Shown here in pieces: positions 7,678 to 20,900 of a stretch of DNA of 64,000 nucleotides (positions are counted from its first letter, which is position 1; every line of letters starts with the position of its first letter). The translations under genes and the position numbers were made by a program. A model generated the notes under the pieces. It was not told where the DNA came from. It saw only the letters and a program-made list of their open reading frames with translations, and made no database searches. Origin of the DNA: a virus; the IMG/VR virus record IMGVR_UViG_3300005758_000578, positions 32,001 to 96,000 of that record, one strand, 5' to 3'.

Positions 7678-10600
7678 TTATCTTCTAATTTGGTATTCTA
7701 CTCCTTTCAAAGCTTTAACTGGATCAATCTGACTACCAGTAAATCCAAATAAATATCCAAAGTCATTAAACACTTTAGGAGCACCTTCTTTTTGCCATGA
7801 GTAAGGTCCTACATCTCGTGTATAATAAGCACGGTTATCATTAGATAAAAGGTGAACTAAGTTTGTACCAAAGTCTTTGTACTTATCTACAACAGGTCCT
7901 AACGTTGGAGCACCACCATTATATACTAATCCTACATATTCTTTAGGATTCAAGAATGTAATAGTTTCTTGTCTTGTACCTAATGCTACAACAAGACCAT
8001 GATTAACTAACCAACCTCCAGCATTAAAATCATCAGATAATAAATCACCACTTCTTTGGCGCATTTTTTCAAATCTATCTTCATCATCTGGATCATACCC
8101 AAACAAGTAACCAATGATTAATGCAAGCATTGTAAGACTAATACCCTCTGTTAAAACTTTTTTAGCAGCATATGCCTCGTCATCAGTTAAATACATATTA
8201 CCGGATGAAGCTCTAGATACAAAAGACTTTAACAATTTTGCAAATGCTCTGTAATATCCTTCAGACATATCACCAGTTCTCATATTATATCTTAAAGGAC
8301 TAAATCTATTTACAAACATTCTTGTAAAGAACCTTCTTAATCCTGAGAACATTCTCCATACAGCATACTTATCAAGCATTACCTTATCCATCATTGAATA
8401 AGCACCTTGTAAGTCATTACTTTTTTCCTGTATAGTATTACGCATTGCTTTAAACTCAGCACCACCCGGAGCATAAGTTTCATCAATACCTGGTTTTAAT
8501 TTAATTACTCCAGTACCATCTTTCTCCCACGCATCTAAATAAGATATCATGTTTGTCTTACCATTAATAGTCTGCGGTACTTTTTTATATATCATTATAC
8601 CGGCAAACAAAGAAAGTGTACCTTCATTTTCTAACCACTTTCTTGGAGAAGTATAGATACCATGAGATATACCTTTACCCGCACCAAACATTAAACTATC
8701 TGCTAAGTCTGTACCAAAAGATCTTCCAAACTCAGAACCAAAACGTTCTTGGAATCTTCCTTTAATAGGATCAAAAATCTCAACTAATTGATAATCAATG
8801 CTTTTCTCACCTGGGTTATAGATATTAGCAGAGATATCTGTCATTATCTTTAAAGCTCTTGATTGTCCTTGTATGTAAGAACGTTTATTAAGATACTTAC
8901 CACCACCTGATTCAATAATCATTTGTGTAACAGCACCACCAAAGTTTTTAACTGCAGATGGTAAAACGTTAAATGCAAACATTCCAAATGAAGATTGTGA
9001 TTGTAAAATATCTACGGCTTTACTTAATGAAGTGGGTTCAGATAACCAACCTGCTTTAGTTTGTCCCTTAAACTCTCTTTCAATAAGAGTGTTGATTGCT
9101 TCAGCTCTTACATTCTTACCTTTCTTTGCAATAAAAGATTTAACATTATTAGTAACCCAGTTATAACCGTTTACTTTAGAGGTATCTTTAATAGCATTTT
9201 CAGAGTTATTTACAACTTTCTGTAACGCTTGAGCAATAGGATTTAATTCAATAAGTTTTTTCTGGTGCTCTAGTGAGAACATGTATTGCATTAAAGAGTA
9301 TGGTACATTTAATGATACCTGATCTACATCTAGTTTATATAATCCTTTTACAGGAATAGATGAGATCTCTTCATCAAACATGTCAGCTCTAACTAAGTTA
9401 AATGCATCATCATAGTTAAATCCTTGATCAAAATCATCTTGAGATTTACTTACAGCATCTTTAACTTGTTTAACAAAAGTCTTTACTTTCTCAGCACCTC
9501 TGTTTAAACTACCACCTACTAATTCACTTTTAAGCTTTCTAAATCTTGGTACATCTAGATACAATCTACTGTACTTAGTTTTATCTTCCTGGAAAAGAAG
9601 AGTGTACTTAGTAATAACATCAAGAACTTTTGCTTTATCAGGAGAATTCTTTTGTAGATCGTAATAAGCTTTGTTGATATAAGAATCATCCTTTGCTCCT
9701 TCAGCTACTGTTCTTGGTAACCAGTTACCGCGGTTATCAATGTGCACTCCTACTTTACGTTCTACTTTACCGGTAGTTTTATTATATCCAGTTCTGTATT
9801 CTTTCTTAACTACTCTTCTATAGAAATCCATAGTAGGTACTCTATTTACAGTGACCTCAGTAGTCTCACCTGTAGATGGATTTACATCATTATACGTATA
9901 AGTATTATAGTATTCTTCATCTGAAGGAATTGTTACATTCCAAACATACAATCTTTCATATACCCGCTCATCTTTTTTAGTCTTGCTGTTATACTTTTCT
10001 GTTTCAATGTGATTAGCAAGAAACCATTCTTTAAATTCAGGACTTGCTTTAAAGTATTTAGATAAGAATGCAGGTCTTAAGAAATTATCAGCATTGTCAA
10101 CATTAATCTCACTAACAGAGAAGTTAGCAAGTTTTGCTGGATCAATTGCTTCTAATACACTATTAAATGCAGATAAGTAATCATCAGTTGGTTCTTTAGA
10201 TTGCATATCAGCTAACTGACTGTATAGATTTAACAATGTCTTTTTAGTTAATCTATCTACAGCGCTTTCTCCTTTTAACTTATCTAATTCTTTAAACTCT
10301 TCTTTATCATTAATGGATGCTCTTCTGCTTTTAATTAACTTAGCTAACTCTATATATCTTTCAAATTGTAGTTTGCTTAAACCACTAAAGCCGGCCATGT
10401 TATCTTTAATCTGAAGAAGTTCTTTTTGTATTTCTTTTACTCTCTTAACTCTTTCTTCAGACATCTCTGATGCTACAATCTGACCATCAGCATTTCTAAA
10501 TCCAACTGAGATATCTATAAGTTCTTCCCAAAGTTTATCCTGTTGTAATTTTTTACTTACATCTTTTGGTAGTTTATCTACCAGAGCTTTGATCTTATCA

Positions 10601-13236
10601 AGAATTTGCATCTTGTCTTCATAGAACTTTTCATTAATAGAAGTTCTAGTATTAGACTTAACCCAGTCATCAACGTTATCTTTAAACTCTTGAGAATCAG
10701 ATAGCAATCCCTGGTCTAAAAGATCTTGCTTAAATTGATTTAATTTAAACTCAAATAATCCAGTGATCTCTTTACTTTCATAGAACTTACGGGACTCTTC
10801 TCTGTACTGTTTTTCTATCTTAGCCATCTCTAACTCATCACCTGTTTTAAGTTTACCACTCTCATCACGCAATGATGCTAATTGACTATACTTCTTCCAT
10901 AAGATTTTCTTTTCTTCAAAAGCCTCATCTTCTGTAAGATCCTCAAATACCCTTTGATCTATATCAGCAATATCAGCTAAGATATCTTGCTTTCTTTGAT
11001 ATATAATAGAACCTAAATCAGAGTCATAAATTTTCTCCTTAGCATAAAACTCTGGTATAAACTCATCATGCATATAATCACGAGAGAACTGTCTGTACTG
11101 TTTATTAAGAAGTCTTGCTTTCTCTAAGTCTCCAACTCTTTTAGCATCTTCTATATCAAACTGAAACTGACTTGTTACCTTTTCAAATGCTTTAAAAGGA
11201 TTAAGTAATACTAGCTTAGTAATAGTACTAGCATTACCATTCTCATCACGTACAATTACTTCCTGCTCAGTAACTAATTCTTTCATTAGTTCTGTGATAT
11301 TTTTATCAGAGTAACCGGCTTGTTTTAATGCTGGTAATAACTCCTGCAAGAAATCATCTTTATTCTTTTTAGCTTTTAATTCTACATCAGTGTAGGCATT
11401 ATCTAAGAATACTGAGAAACTAGCAATAATAGGATCTGGTGAACTTGCAAATGCTTCTACATAAGCAGATAATGCATTAACATCACCACGCATACCTGAC
11501 AAGTAATCATCAACTGTAGCACGGTTTAGTTTTAATCTCTCCCATTCTTGCTCTATCTCTTTTATTTGTTTTGCAGAAGCATTTTTAGATTTTAACGTAT
11601 TAAGTTTATTGGTAAAGTATGTATCTACATTTTTAGCCAAAGGCTCTATTTGTTCTGTTAATACACCACCAACACCTTTTTTATAAATCTCATTAATAAG
11701 TCTATCAGCTTGCTCTGCTTTCTTAGCCATCTTAGCAAATAAAGCAAACAAAGAACTATCTGTACGTAATCCAGAATCTGTTAAACCATTAATAGTTTCT
11801 TGAATAAATTTATTCCAGTTACGTAATAAAATATCATAATAGAATGTTTGATTAATAACCTCTTTAGTATCACCAAGAGATTTCATCTCAGCTAATTTAT
11901 CTACTATTCTATCTAGTAATACATCTGTTTGTAAAGAACTTCTTACAATTGCTTTAACCTGTTTCTCTCTTTTATCAACCTCATCCCTAAACTTCTTAAC
12001 TTTATCATCTACTGTAGTTGTTTCAGCAACACGTAAATTGTCTACAATATCTTTAAGAATAGATCTACCAGATTCTGTAGTAATAGTATTTACAAAATCA
12101 GAGTAGTTTTGGTTTGTTCTAATTCTATTTAACTGTGATCTAGAGTTAGAGAAAAATCTATTAACAACTTGGATAAGCGCATCTGTATTTACTTTATTCA
12201 GATCATTATATAAAGTCTCATTACTTCTAGCATATGATACTAAATCATCAGGTGTTATGATCTCAGTTGTAAGAATAAAGTTCTCACCCACTAACATATC
12301 AGCTAACTGATTAAGTGTGGTATCTACAGATAACTTCTCAATCTTTACTCCTTTACCAAATACTTTTCTGATTAATTGTTTTATAGCAAATAATAGATTA
12401 GAGATAAAAGAATTAAATCCAGGAGTAGAAGATATTTTATTAGCTTTTTGTACAGCTGCTTGTTCTAAGGCTCTTACAAATACTTCTTGAGCAAAGTTAG
12501 GATTAGTAATATCGTACTCAGGATACAGTTCTGTTACAGTATTTACAATTGCAGCACCCTCTGGTGTACTAATAATCTGATTGTATAGATTATTAAACAA
12601 ATCATAGTTACTTAAATATAAACTTCTAACTATAGGATGTGCATATTCATGCAATACATGATTTAGTTTAAAACCATTTTCAATAAAGTATACAGTGTCT
12701 TGATGATAGAACGCAGGTTCACCATTCCAGGGAGCAGTTGTATCTTTTGTAATCTCTGCAGCTTGCTCAGCAGAAATCATTTTATAATTAATACCTGTCT
12801 GAGATGCTAAGTTATTAGCAAACTTAGTTGCTATCTCTTGAGCTTTTACATTCTCTTGTAACTGTACAGATGGAAACAGACTATTTAAAAAGTCTTCATC
12901 AGCAACTCTATAGTAGTCAGGTGTTTCTTCAGTAATGTTATTTTTTCTTTTATACTCTTCCCAATAGTGATCAACAACATAACTAGGTGGATTAACAAAT
13001 ACTCTAGCTGTACCATCCCAGGTAATAAAATCAGCCATATTAGTTCTCCAATACTCATTTAATCCTAATACGGCTTTTGCAATAGATGCTGCGCCAGCTT
13101 TTGTGTTACCAGCTGCATTTACATAAAATGTAGTTAAACTATCTGTTGGAGATAAGAACTGTCCAACCTCTTTAGCTAAAGCTTTTTTGTACGTCTTTAG
13201 TACATCATTTTGTATATCTAATCTACACTTACTCAT
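7678..13236 (-). CDS. Giant cargo/ejection protein D with N-terminal zincin-like domain
   Basis: HEYAH (12637-12651) with downstream Glu (AQEVFV); largely helical; hydrophobic segment near C-terminus. Start MSKC at 13236 gives an ATGA overlap (ORF track starts at 13245). Confidence 0.8.
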   Translation of the reverse strand: MSKCRLDIQNDVLKTYKKALAKEVGQFLSPTDSLTTFYVNAAGNTKAGAASIAKAVLGLNEYWRTNMADFITWDGTARVFVNPPSYVVDHYWEEYKRKNNITEETPDYYRVADEDFLNSLFPSVQLQENVKAQEIATKFANNLASQTGINYKMISAEQAAEITKDTTAPWNGEPAFYHQDTVYFIENGFKLNHVLHEYAHPIVRSLYLSNYDLFNNLYNQIISTPEGAAIVNTVTELYPEYDITNPNFAQEVFVRALEQAAVQKANKISSTPGFNSFISNLLFAIKQLIRKVFGKGVKIEKLSVDTTLNQLADMLVGENFILTTEIITPDDLVSYARSNETLYNDLNKVNTDALIQVVNRFFSNSRSQLNRIRTNQNYSDFVNTITTESGRSILKDIVDNLRVAETTTVDDKVKKFRDEVDKREKQVKAIVRSSLQTDVLLDRIVDKLAEMKSLGDTKEVINQTFYYDILLRNWNKFIQETINGLTDSGLRTDSSLFALFAKMAKKAEQADRLINEIYKKGVGGVLTEQIEPLAKNVDTYFTNKLNTLKSKNASAKQIKEIEQEWERLKLNRATVDDYLSGMRGDVNALSAYVEAFASSPDPIIASFSVFLDNAYTDVELKAKKNKDDFLQELLPALKQAGYSDKNITELMKELVTEQEVIVRDENGNASTITKLVLLNPFKAFEKVTSQFQFDIEDAKRVGDLEKARLLNKQYRQFSRDYMHDEFIPEFYAKEKIYDSDLGSIIYQRKQDILADIADIDQRVFEDLTEDEAFEEKKILWKKYSQLASLRDESGKLKTGDELEMAKIEKQYREESRKFYESKEITGLFEFKLNQFKQDLLDQGLLSDSQEFKDNVDDWVKSNTRTSINEKFYEDKMQILDKIKALVDKLPKDVSKKLQQDKLWEELIDISVGFRNADGQIVASEMSEERVKRVKEIQKELLQIKDNMAGFSGLSKLQFERYIELAKLIKSRRASINDKEEFKELDKLKGESAVDRLTKKTLLNLYSQLADMQSKEPTDDYLSAFNSVLEAIDPAKLANFSVSEINVDNADNFLRPAFLSKYFKASPEFKEWFLANHIETEKYNSKTKKDERVYERLYVWNVTIPSDEEYYNTYTYNDVNPSTGETTEVTVNRVPTMDFYRRVVKKEYRTGYNKTTGKVERKVGVHIDNRGNWLPRTVAEGAKDDSYINKAYYDLQKNSPDKAKVLDVITKYTLLFQEDKTKYSRLYLDVPRFRKLKSELVGGSLNRGAEKVKTFVKQVKDAVSKSQDDFDQGFNYDDAFNLVRADMFDEEISSIPVKGLYKLDVDQVSLNVPYSLMQYMFSLEHQKKLIELNPIAQALQKVVNNSENAIKDTSKVNGYNWVTNNVKSFIAKKGKNVRAEAINTLIEREFKGQTKAGWLSEPTSLSKAVDILQSQSSFGMFAFNVLPSAVKNFGGAVTQMIIESGGGKYLNKRSYIQGQSRALKIMTDISANIYNPGEKSIDYQLVEIFDPIKGRFQERFGSEFGRSFGTDLADSLMFGAGKGISHGIYTSPRKWLENEGTLSLFAGIMIYKKVPQTINGKTNMISYLDAWEKDGTGVIKLKPGIDETYAPGGAEFKAMRNTIQEKSNDLQGAYSMMDKVMLDKYAVWRMFSGLRRFFTRMFVNRFSPLRYNMRTGDMSEGYYRAFAKLLKSFVSRASSGNMYLTDDEAYAAKKVLTEGISLTMLALIIGYLFGYDPDDEDRFEKMRQRSGDLLSDDFNAGGWLVNHGLVVALGTRQETITFLNPKEYVGLVYNGGAPTLGPVVDKYKDFGTNLVHLLSNDNRAYYTRDVGPYSWQKEGAPKVFNDFGYLFGFTGSQIDPVKALKGVEYQIRR

Positions 13237-14984
13237 AATTTGCAACTGTTGTATGTTTCATCTTGAACTTCAGGATATCCTATTGGGGCATATGTATTAA
13301 CGGGCTCTGCATTAGCATCTATATTAAAACTAGTATTACCATCTGCAAAAGAAAAATATCTATATCCTGCATTTGTAAATTTAAATGCATTATTAATAAA
13401 AGGATCATAGTAAATTAAATCTACTATATCTTTTGATCTACCCATTTTAATTTTAGCTTCAAAGATTTGTTTCCAGTCTTTAAAGTAGTTATCAAATATT
13501 TCAGGATAGTTACCTTCTGCAGTACGCACAAAGAAATCAAAAGTATAAGCTACTATATTACCTTTATCATCATACTGTTTATTACCAGCATCATCTAATA
13601 TCGGTATAATTCCTTGCACTGTTACTGTCTCCTGATTAGCTTTATGATCTTTACCAATAAATGCATTAGTCATTTCAAAGGTCGGATATTTTTCAGTAAA
13701 TGCTTTATACCAATTTTGTTGCTCAATAAACTCTTTTACCTTACTGGTAAACTCATTCTGATCTTTAATATAAATACCTTTATGATGTAGCCAACCATAA
13801 AACTCATCATAGTTCTCTTCTTTCTGAACAGTACCTAATTCTATAACGCCATCAATATCATGGATATCTTCATCTATAACTCTATAGACAGTACCATAAT
13901 ATCTTAATACCATAGAACCACTTAATTTATAACCCATGTTTGGATTATTAAGCATAAAATCTATAATTGATTTAGCTACAGGATCTTTAGATAAAGTCTG
14001 ATTATACTTTTTTAACTCTAATTGTTTAAATCCTAATTGACTATTTTTATCAGGAACTAATAAAGAATCACCAACTCTTTCTACACCACGGGTAAAAATA
14101 TTATAATTACCCTTATAAATATCATCTACTAAATCTAGTAATCTATCCTCTAAATCTTGCTGATTAAGTTTATCAAACTTATTTCTAAATAAAGACAAAA
14201 AGAAATCATGGATTTTATACCATAACTTTTTTAGAGCACTAGATTGTTTATCATATGGATTATACTTAAAACCTCGTTTTTCAAAGTATGCTTTATCTAC
14301 ATCACCATTACCTCTTTCACTTCTAACAAATGTAGTTAAATCTCTTCCATAAAAATCTGTAAGACCTTCAGCAATAAAATCTATAATTACTTGTTTATGT
14401 GCAGTAAAATTAAAATTGCTATCTGCATACATATCAACAAGATACGGGGGTAGATCACTATCTTTATCTAAATTATCTTTAGTAAAGATATCTTCTATCT
14501 CAGTAGTATCTTCTAGTTTTAATCTATATGATCTATATAGATCTTTATACTTAGACCAGCTTTTAATATTAAACCAAAGATTATTATAGAGCTCGCTTTT
14601 TTTACCTAAGAAACTAAGCATAATATTAGCTACTTGTTTAGGTACAATTTCTTCAGCACCATCTCTAATAGCTAGATACTTTTGTAATAAATCAAAACCC
14701 GCTAAAGGATTACCTGGAACATTATTTAATAATGCTTCTGCAACATTACCACCTTCAACTTTAATATTTAGTGCTCTTACAAAATCTAATAATATTTTAT
14801 TAGTTCCTGCAGATAACTTAGGATTAAGAGGAATAGAGTTATTTTTTCTATTTACAATATTCTTATATACAGTAGCTGGAGGATTACCCTCAAACTTATC
14901 CCAAAGATAAGTAGCCATCTTTGTACCTTGGAATGCTTCTAACCTTTGAAAGTCAGGATCTGATTTTATAGGACAGGTTGCCAT
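13233..14984 (-). CDS. Cargo protein C: degenerate zincin-like domain plus Pol-beta-superfamily nucleotidyltransferase domain
   Basis: YKLSGSMVL...IHDIDG (GS plus DxD), later FDFF and AKIKMGRSKDIVDL. Start MATCP at 14984 overlaps the upstream stop (TAATG). Confidence 0.7.
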   Translation of the reverse strand: MATCPIKSDPDFQRLEAFQGTKMATYLWDKFEGNPPATVYKNIVNRKNNSIPLNPKLSAGTNKILLDFVRALNIKVEGGNVAEALLNNVPGNPLAGFDLLQKYLAIRDGAEEIVPKQVANIMLSFLGKKSELYNNLWFNIKSWSKYKDLYRSYRLKLEDTTEIEDIFTKDNLDKDSDLPPYLVDMYADSNFNFTAHKQVIIDFIAEGLTDFYGRDLTTFVRSERGNGDVDKAYFEKRGFKYNPYDKQSSALKKLWYKIHDFFLSLFRNKFDKLNQQDLEDRLLDLVDDIYKGNYNIFTRGVERVGDSLLVPDKNSQLGFKQLELKKYNQTLSKDPVAKSIIDFMLNNPNMGYKLSGSMVLRYYGTVYRVIDEDIHDIDGVIELGTVQKEENYDEFYGWLHHKGIYIKDQNEFTSKVKEFIEQQNWYKAFTEKYPTFEMTNAFIGKDHKANQETVTVQGIIPILDDAGNKQYDDKGNIVAYTFDFFVRTAEGNYPEIFDNYFKDWKQIFEAKIKMGRSKDIVDLIYYDPFINNAFKFTNAGYRYFSFADGNTSFNIDANAEPVNTYAPIGYPEVQDETYNSCKL

Positions 14985-17900
14985 TAGCCACAAATTTCTT
15001 TTAATATTTCACCAATTGTATCTTCATCATATCCCATCTCTTCTAACATTTTAGAATTAATTGCAGATGCTGGATAAATATTACCATCAATCAAAGTTAC
15101 CTCTTTTTCTTTTACAACTTGATCCTCAGTATCAGGAGCACTATCTGGATCTTCTTCAAAGACTTGATTGATAGGTTGTACAGAATAAATATACTCTTTA
15201 AATTCCGGATCTTCTGCAAACACAGGATTTTTATATCCAAAGTTATAGTATAACTCTTTAAATAATTCCATGTAAGCTGCCTTATCAATATTAGGATCAT
15301 CATTTAAAATACCATAACCTTCAGTATTAAAGAGTAACGTTTTACCAGCCTCATATAATTCTATAAGAGAGGTAACCGTTTCCTCTACTAACTTCATGTT
15401 GTCAGCATTATTTGCAGCATTTAAATACTTAGGTTTACCAACAAATGATTCAAAAATAGGTAAGCCAATTGTAGTACCAGTTACTTTACTAGTATTACCT
15501 AAGTATGTATCTGAAGCAATAACATTAGTTCCGGTATTATCTTTAGCTTTACTATATACACCCACTAAGCCGGAATATCTATTTATTAACCCTACAGTGC
15601 GCATCTTACCATAAGAATAAGTATATACTCTAGGAGTTAAAGTTGAAGATGTTCCTTCAGGTAATTTAGGAATTTCATCGCCCATCTTTTCAATAGTATT
15701 ATCTACCACATAGTTTTTAAATCTATACTTAGTAATATTATTTCTAGAGTTCTGCTCATTAAACTTCTTATAGTATCTGTATAAAGCAGTATTACCTTTG
15801 TCACTCTCCAATACTTTAGTAAACTTATCAATGTTTTCTTTAATGATTTCTTTAAAGTTATTGCTAGATAAGATAGGAACAAAAGACAAGTATGATTTAT
15901 TCATACCGGACTGCATAAATCCAAAAATAGATAGCTTATTAAAGAACTCAGAAATCTCTCTATTAATAATAGGATCAGGATGCTTTTCTACATTTATATC
16001 TGATAATTCTTCAAACTGAGTATTCATATCCTCTAAGAAGTCAGTATCTTTTGTATCACCAGTTAAACGTAAATTTTTAATTGTTGCATTCTTAGTACCT
16101 GTCTTTATTTGTTGAGAATCATAAACAAGATAATCAAACAAGCTATAATCTCTATTTTCTATAAAGTTCTTTATATCTTCAAACTTATCTGGAAAACTAG
16201 TAGGACCAAAGAACATTGACTTAAGATTATATACATTATGTAATGCATCTTCAACAAGTCCTTTTTCATAGATATCCTCTGAAAAATCACCTCTATCTCT
16301 GGTAGCACGTAAGTACTCTCTCTCTAAAACAAAAGCAGTGTATTGTTTTTCAGAACTGAATAAAGGTATAACATCTGTACGTTTATCAAATGGTAACTTT
16401 GCTAAACCGGTTTCTTCATACTCAGCCTTAGAATAAGTCTTATTATTATATTCTTCACGTAGTTTAGCTCTATCTAAATAGATTTTACCTTCATAGTATA
16501 CAGCACTTCTTTTAAGACCCCTTACTTTTTCTACATCAATAGTATCACTTACAGCATATCCTTTATAATCTTTTACTGTGTTAATATCTACAGACCCAAT
16601 ACTATTTTGGATAATAAACTGCAGAAGATCATTTCTAAATAAATCCACAAATGAGTCTACATCTCCATACTCCTCACGAATAATATTGTAATTATTATTA
16701 ACTATATCAGTTAAATAAGTATTTATAGCATTACTTGCTCTTAATGGGAAGTAATCTTTAAATACATTTAAGATATAATCTTGTATAAAGAATGGAGCAA
16801 TAGAAGATTCATTCTCTAACTTAACTGTAATTTCATTAGGTAATCTACTACCTTCTTCTAACTGTTCTAACTTACTTAAACGACTCTTTGCTTGATATAA
16901 GTTACCAGACTTTTTAGTATCAACGTTAGTAGAAGAAGATATTTCCCGCATTACTTGCGCCTGATCTTCTATTTCTAAGAAATGTATAAATGCTAATTTA
17001 GCTAATGGACTTCTCTTGTATTGTTTTTGTACAATCTCTTTTATATTATCATCAGAGATAGCATAAACATTATAAGCTTTGGTCATAATGTCTACGGCTG
17101 CAGTTAAAGATTTTTTAGAACCTAATGGATTCTTTCTAGTATTTGCATTATATAGTTGCTTTAGTAAGAAAGGATCTTTTAATCTCTTCTTTAACTCACG
17201 TTTATCATCTTCATCAAATATACCATACTTGTCAATTACATACTGTTTGGCTTTAAACTTTAAGAAACCAGGACCTTTAGCACTATCTCCAGATGTATCT
17301 AGTGATTTAGTATACATACCATTTAATACTCGGTATGTAGATATATATTCTTTAATTAAAGGTTGTGATAAGAAATATGCAGCTGTTTTAACATCAACAC
17401 CAGCTTGTAACATGTATAACAAAGTAGGTATTAACTCATAAATAGCATTCATATCAAATACCCATGAATCTTTTTCAATATCCACCCAACCGTTCATAAG
17501 CTGAGAGATTACATCAGAGATATAAACAGCTGAATCTTTAGAGTTAAGATCTGATAAAGATATCTTACCGTCCTCTGTTTTATTATGTTTAAACAAAATA
17601 CGATTCTTAGCAGTTCTTTGTTTTCCTTTATTATCTAAGAAATTGTATGTCTTATCTAAATATGCACCAACACGGTTAAGAAGTACTGAGTATTTGTTTG
17701 ATACAGCACCAATACCCAATGTTAATTTACCAATGTTATTAGATTCATGCTTATACAAGTTATTTTCTGTCTCAAACATTCTTGTTGGAGAAACAGTAAA
17801 GGCAGAGTCTTGGAACTCAGCTTTAGCTCTTGGGTTATAGTCTCTATTAAACTGTGCTAATTCATCTGCAATTGGTTTAACAATATCTGTTTCGTTAGGA

Positions 17901-20900
17901 GTAATAAGCTGAACAAAGTTTTCCTTAATCTCCATTATACCAATCATAGACTTGATGATCTCATTCTCAATACCTCTTATCGTACTATCATCTGCAGTCA
18001 TACTAGCTTCTTTGTTAAATACCTCATCTAATAACTGCTTATAAGTACTTTCTTGTATTGTATCAGTAGTTTGACTAATGCTTATATTAGGCATTAGAAT
18101 ACTTAACTTATCAATATCAAAGTCACCACCAGATTTAGCAACTAGTTCAGTTGGAACAATTACAATAGATCCGGCTTCTGCAGGTAAGAATTCACCAACC
18201 TCCATGTATTCAATAGAGTTAAGACCTTGTACAGGAATACGTACACCCACCATTCTGATAGTTTCTACATTAAGATCTCGCCATTGCTTGTCTTTCAACA
18301 TCTCATTGAGTCTCTCTAATGTACCTACCTTTTTACCATCAACATGGGTTGTTAATAAAAGCTTTAAGAAATCACCTTGTAATGCAACTTTTACTTGCAT
18401 TGGTGTAATCTTACCATTTACTACATCATAAAAAGCAAGACCATTAGTACCATACTTTAATAGATCTTCTTTAGATGGATTAGTAAATTTAGGATTCTCA
18501 AATCCAGAACTAGATACTTGCACTAGCTGCTCACCTTTTACAGTAGGTCTTACAATTTTTCTTTCAATAATTGAAACCAACTGCTTCTCAATAGTATTAG
18601 AGTTAATAATACTATCAAAATCATACTTTAAACTACCATCTTCATTTACGTCTAAAATATCCATTTGATGTTCTGGAACTTCTAAACGCACTAATTCTTT
18701 CTGAATAGCTTTAATTAAATCTTTTGGATCTCCTTTAATTAACTTACCATCAGCACTAAATTCTAAACCTACCTCTTTAAATAACTTCTGCTTATAGAAC
18801 TTTACATAATTATCAATAGCTTTCTCATATCGTTCTACAATTGATTTATATTCTTTCTTAAGAGGTTTACCATTAGCATAAAGGTTTGTCTCAATGATAG
18901 TACGTAACTGAGAAGATAATGTAACCTTGCCTTTAAAGTATGGAGCAATGTCTAACTGATTCTTAAAGAAGTTTAAGTTAATACCATTTATAGCATACTC
19001 ACCTGTATACAAAGTACGCTTTGTAGCATCAGTATACATGTTAGGAATAGTACCATCTTCTAATGTAATATTAGAGATCTTACTGCCTGACTTAAATAAA
19101 GCATATGATATACCTTGCTCAAGCAATTGTTTATGGAACTGTTCTAAGTTTGTACCTTTAATAACTGTAGGAATTAAAGGCATTAATGAAAACTTATGTA
19201 ATCCAGAAGCATTTAATTTTTCTGTCTTTAAAGGACCATAGTAACTAGCTTTAAGTACCGGAAAGAATTCAGCTACTTTTTTAGGATCTACGGAATCAGG
19301 ATTATTAATAACATCATTGTATAAATCTTCCTGTATATCAGACCATTTATTTAAAGATCTTAAATAGTTCCGGTAGAAATCAAATGTAATCCAACCTTGA
19401 CCGTCACCTTCTGTAATCTTCTTATAAGGTTTTAAAATCTTCTCTGCTCTTTCTTCAGATACACCAAGACTAACTAATAACTGTTTGTAATGTGAATAGT
19501 ATACTGACTCTGGTTCTATATCATTAAGAACTGTAGTTTTAATAGCACTATCAAATCTTAACTTAGGTAAACCTTCTTTCTCAGCATATGTATTATTACT
19601 TGTATTATTTAAGTAATCAATTGTATAGTTATCTAGAATAGCAAAGTCTCCGGTAGATGCAATAGATGCATTACGTTTAGGGAATTCTTCTTTTTCATGA
19701 TTAAACTGAGAAGCATCTCCATAAAATAACTGTGTTTCAAAATTATTAAACCATGAGTTATAGGTGTATACTTCATTTATTAACTCTAATTGAGCTTGAG
19801 GATCATTAGCATATTTATTAGTTTTATCTAATCCTTTACCAATTCTAGTTTCTTCAGCAATTTTAGTTCTAATCTCAGGACTTAATAATACACTTCCAGT
19901 AACAGCACTAATTTGAGTCCAGATCTTATAATTAGTTCTAATCTGATTATTAAAATACTTACCTGAATCTTTTTTAATATCCTTCTCTAATTCTTCAGAG
20001 TAAACTATATCATCTATAGATTCTGCATTATCTACTAATTCATACAGTTTAGCTTTAGTAGCAGCAGATAGTACTGAATCAAAAGCCATGATTTTAGTAC
20101 CATTCTTTTTAAAGCTATCTACATTCTGTAAAGAAGGAATGTTTTTGATATACCAAATTCTTTCTAATTCAGCAGATAAATAATTTAAAATAATAGGCAT
20201 TGCAGAATCATGTCCATATCTAGCTACATCTTTAATAGGTACTATTAAATTATCTACTCCGGCTTCACCATAGTACTTATTCATACCAACACCATAAGAA
20301 GAACTCTTACTAGCATGTCTGGGAAGTTCTGGTGTCTTACCTAAGATGATAGCATGTACATCAAACATAAACTTATCATACTTATTAAGCTTGTTAGTCT
20401 TAATACCTTCAACAGTAATACCATTAAAGTCTCTACGAACACCACTTAAGTTCTCTAAACTAAGAATAACATCCTTTCTTCTATTACCATTAGAATCAAA
20501 AAGAGATTTCATAATATAAGAATGTTTAGAATAAGGATTAATATCCGGATGATATGCTCGTAAATAATTAAACTGAGGATCTTCTAACATATCACTTAGT
20601 TTAGTGACCTTATTAAGACCATCAATAATCTGACTTAAAGAGTTTCTTAAAGATGTTTCATACTCCATATTACCTTCAGGATTCATAATACCAGTGCTAA
20701 AATCACTAGAACTATATTTTGCTTGAAGGGTTAAAATTTTATTTACATATCCTGATTGATTACCTTGCTTAGGATCTCTAAAGAACTTAATAGGATTAGT
20801 AATTATAGTTTTATTTTCTTTAGCTTTTTTTAATGCTTCTATTAAATAATCAAAAGCAATATAAGTTTCCTTACTCTTTCTATCTAATAAAGCATTCTCT

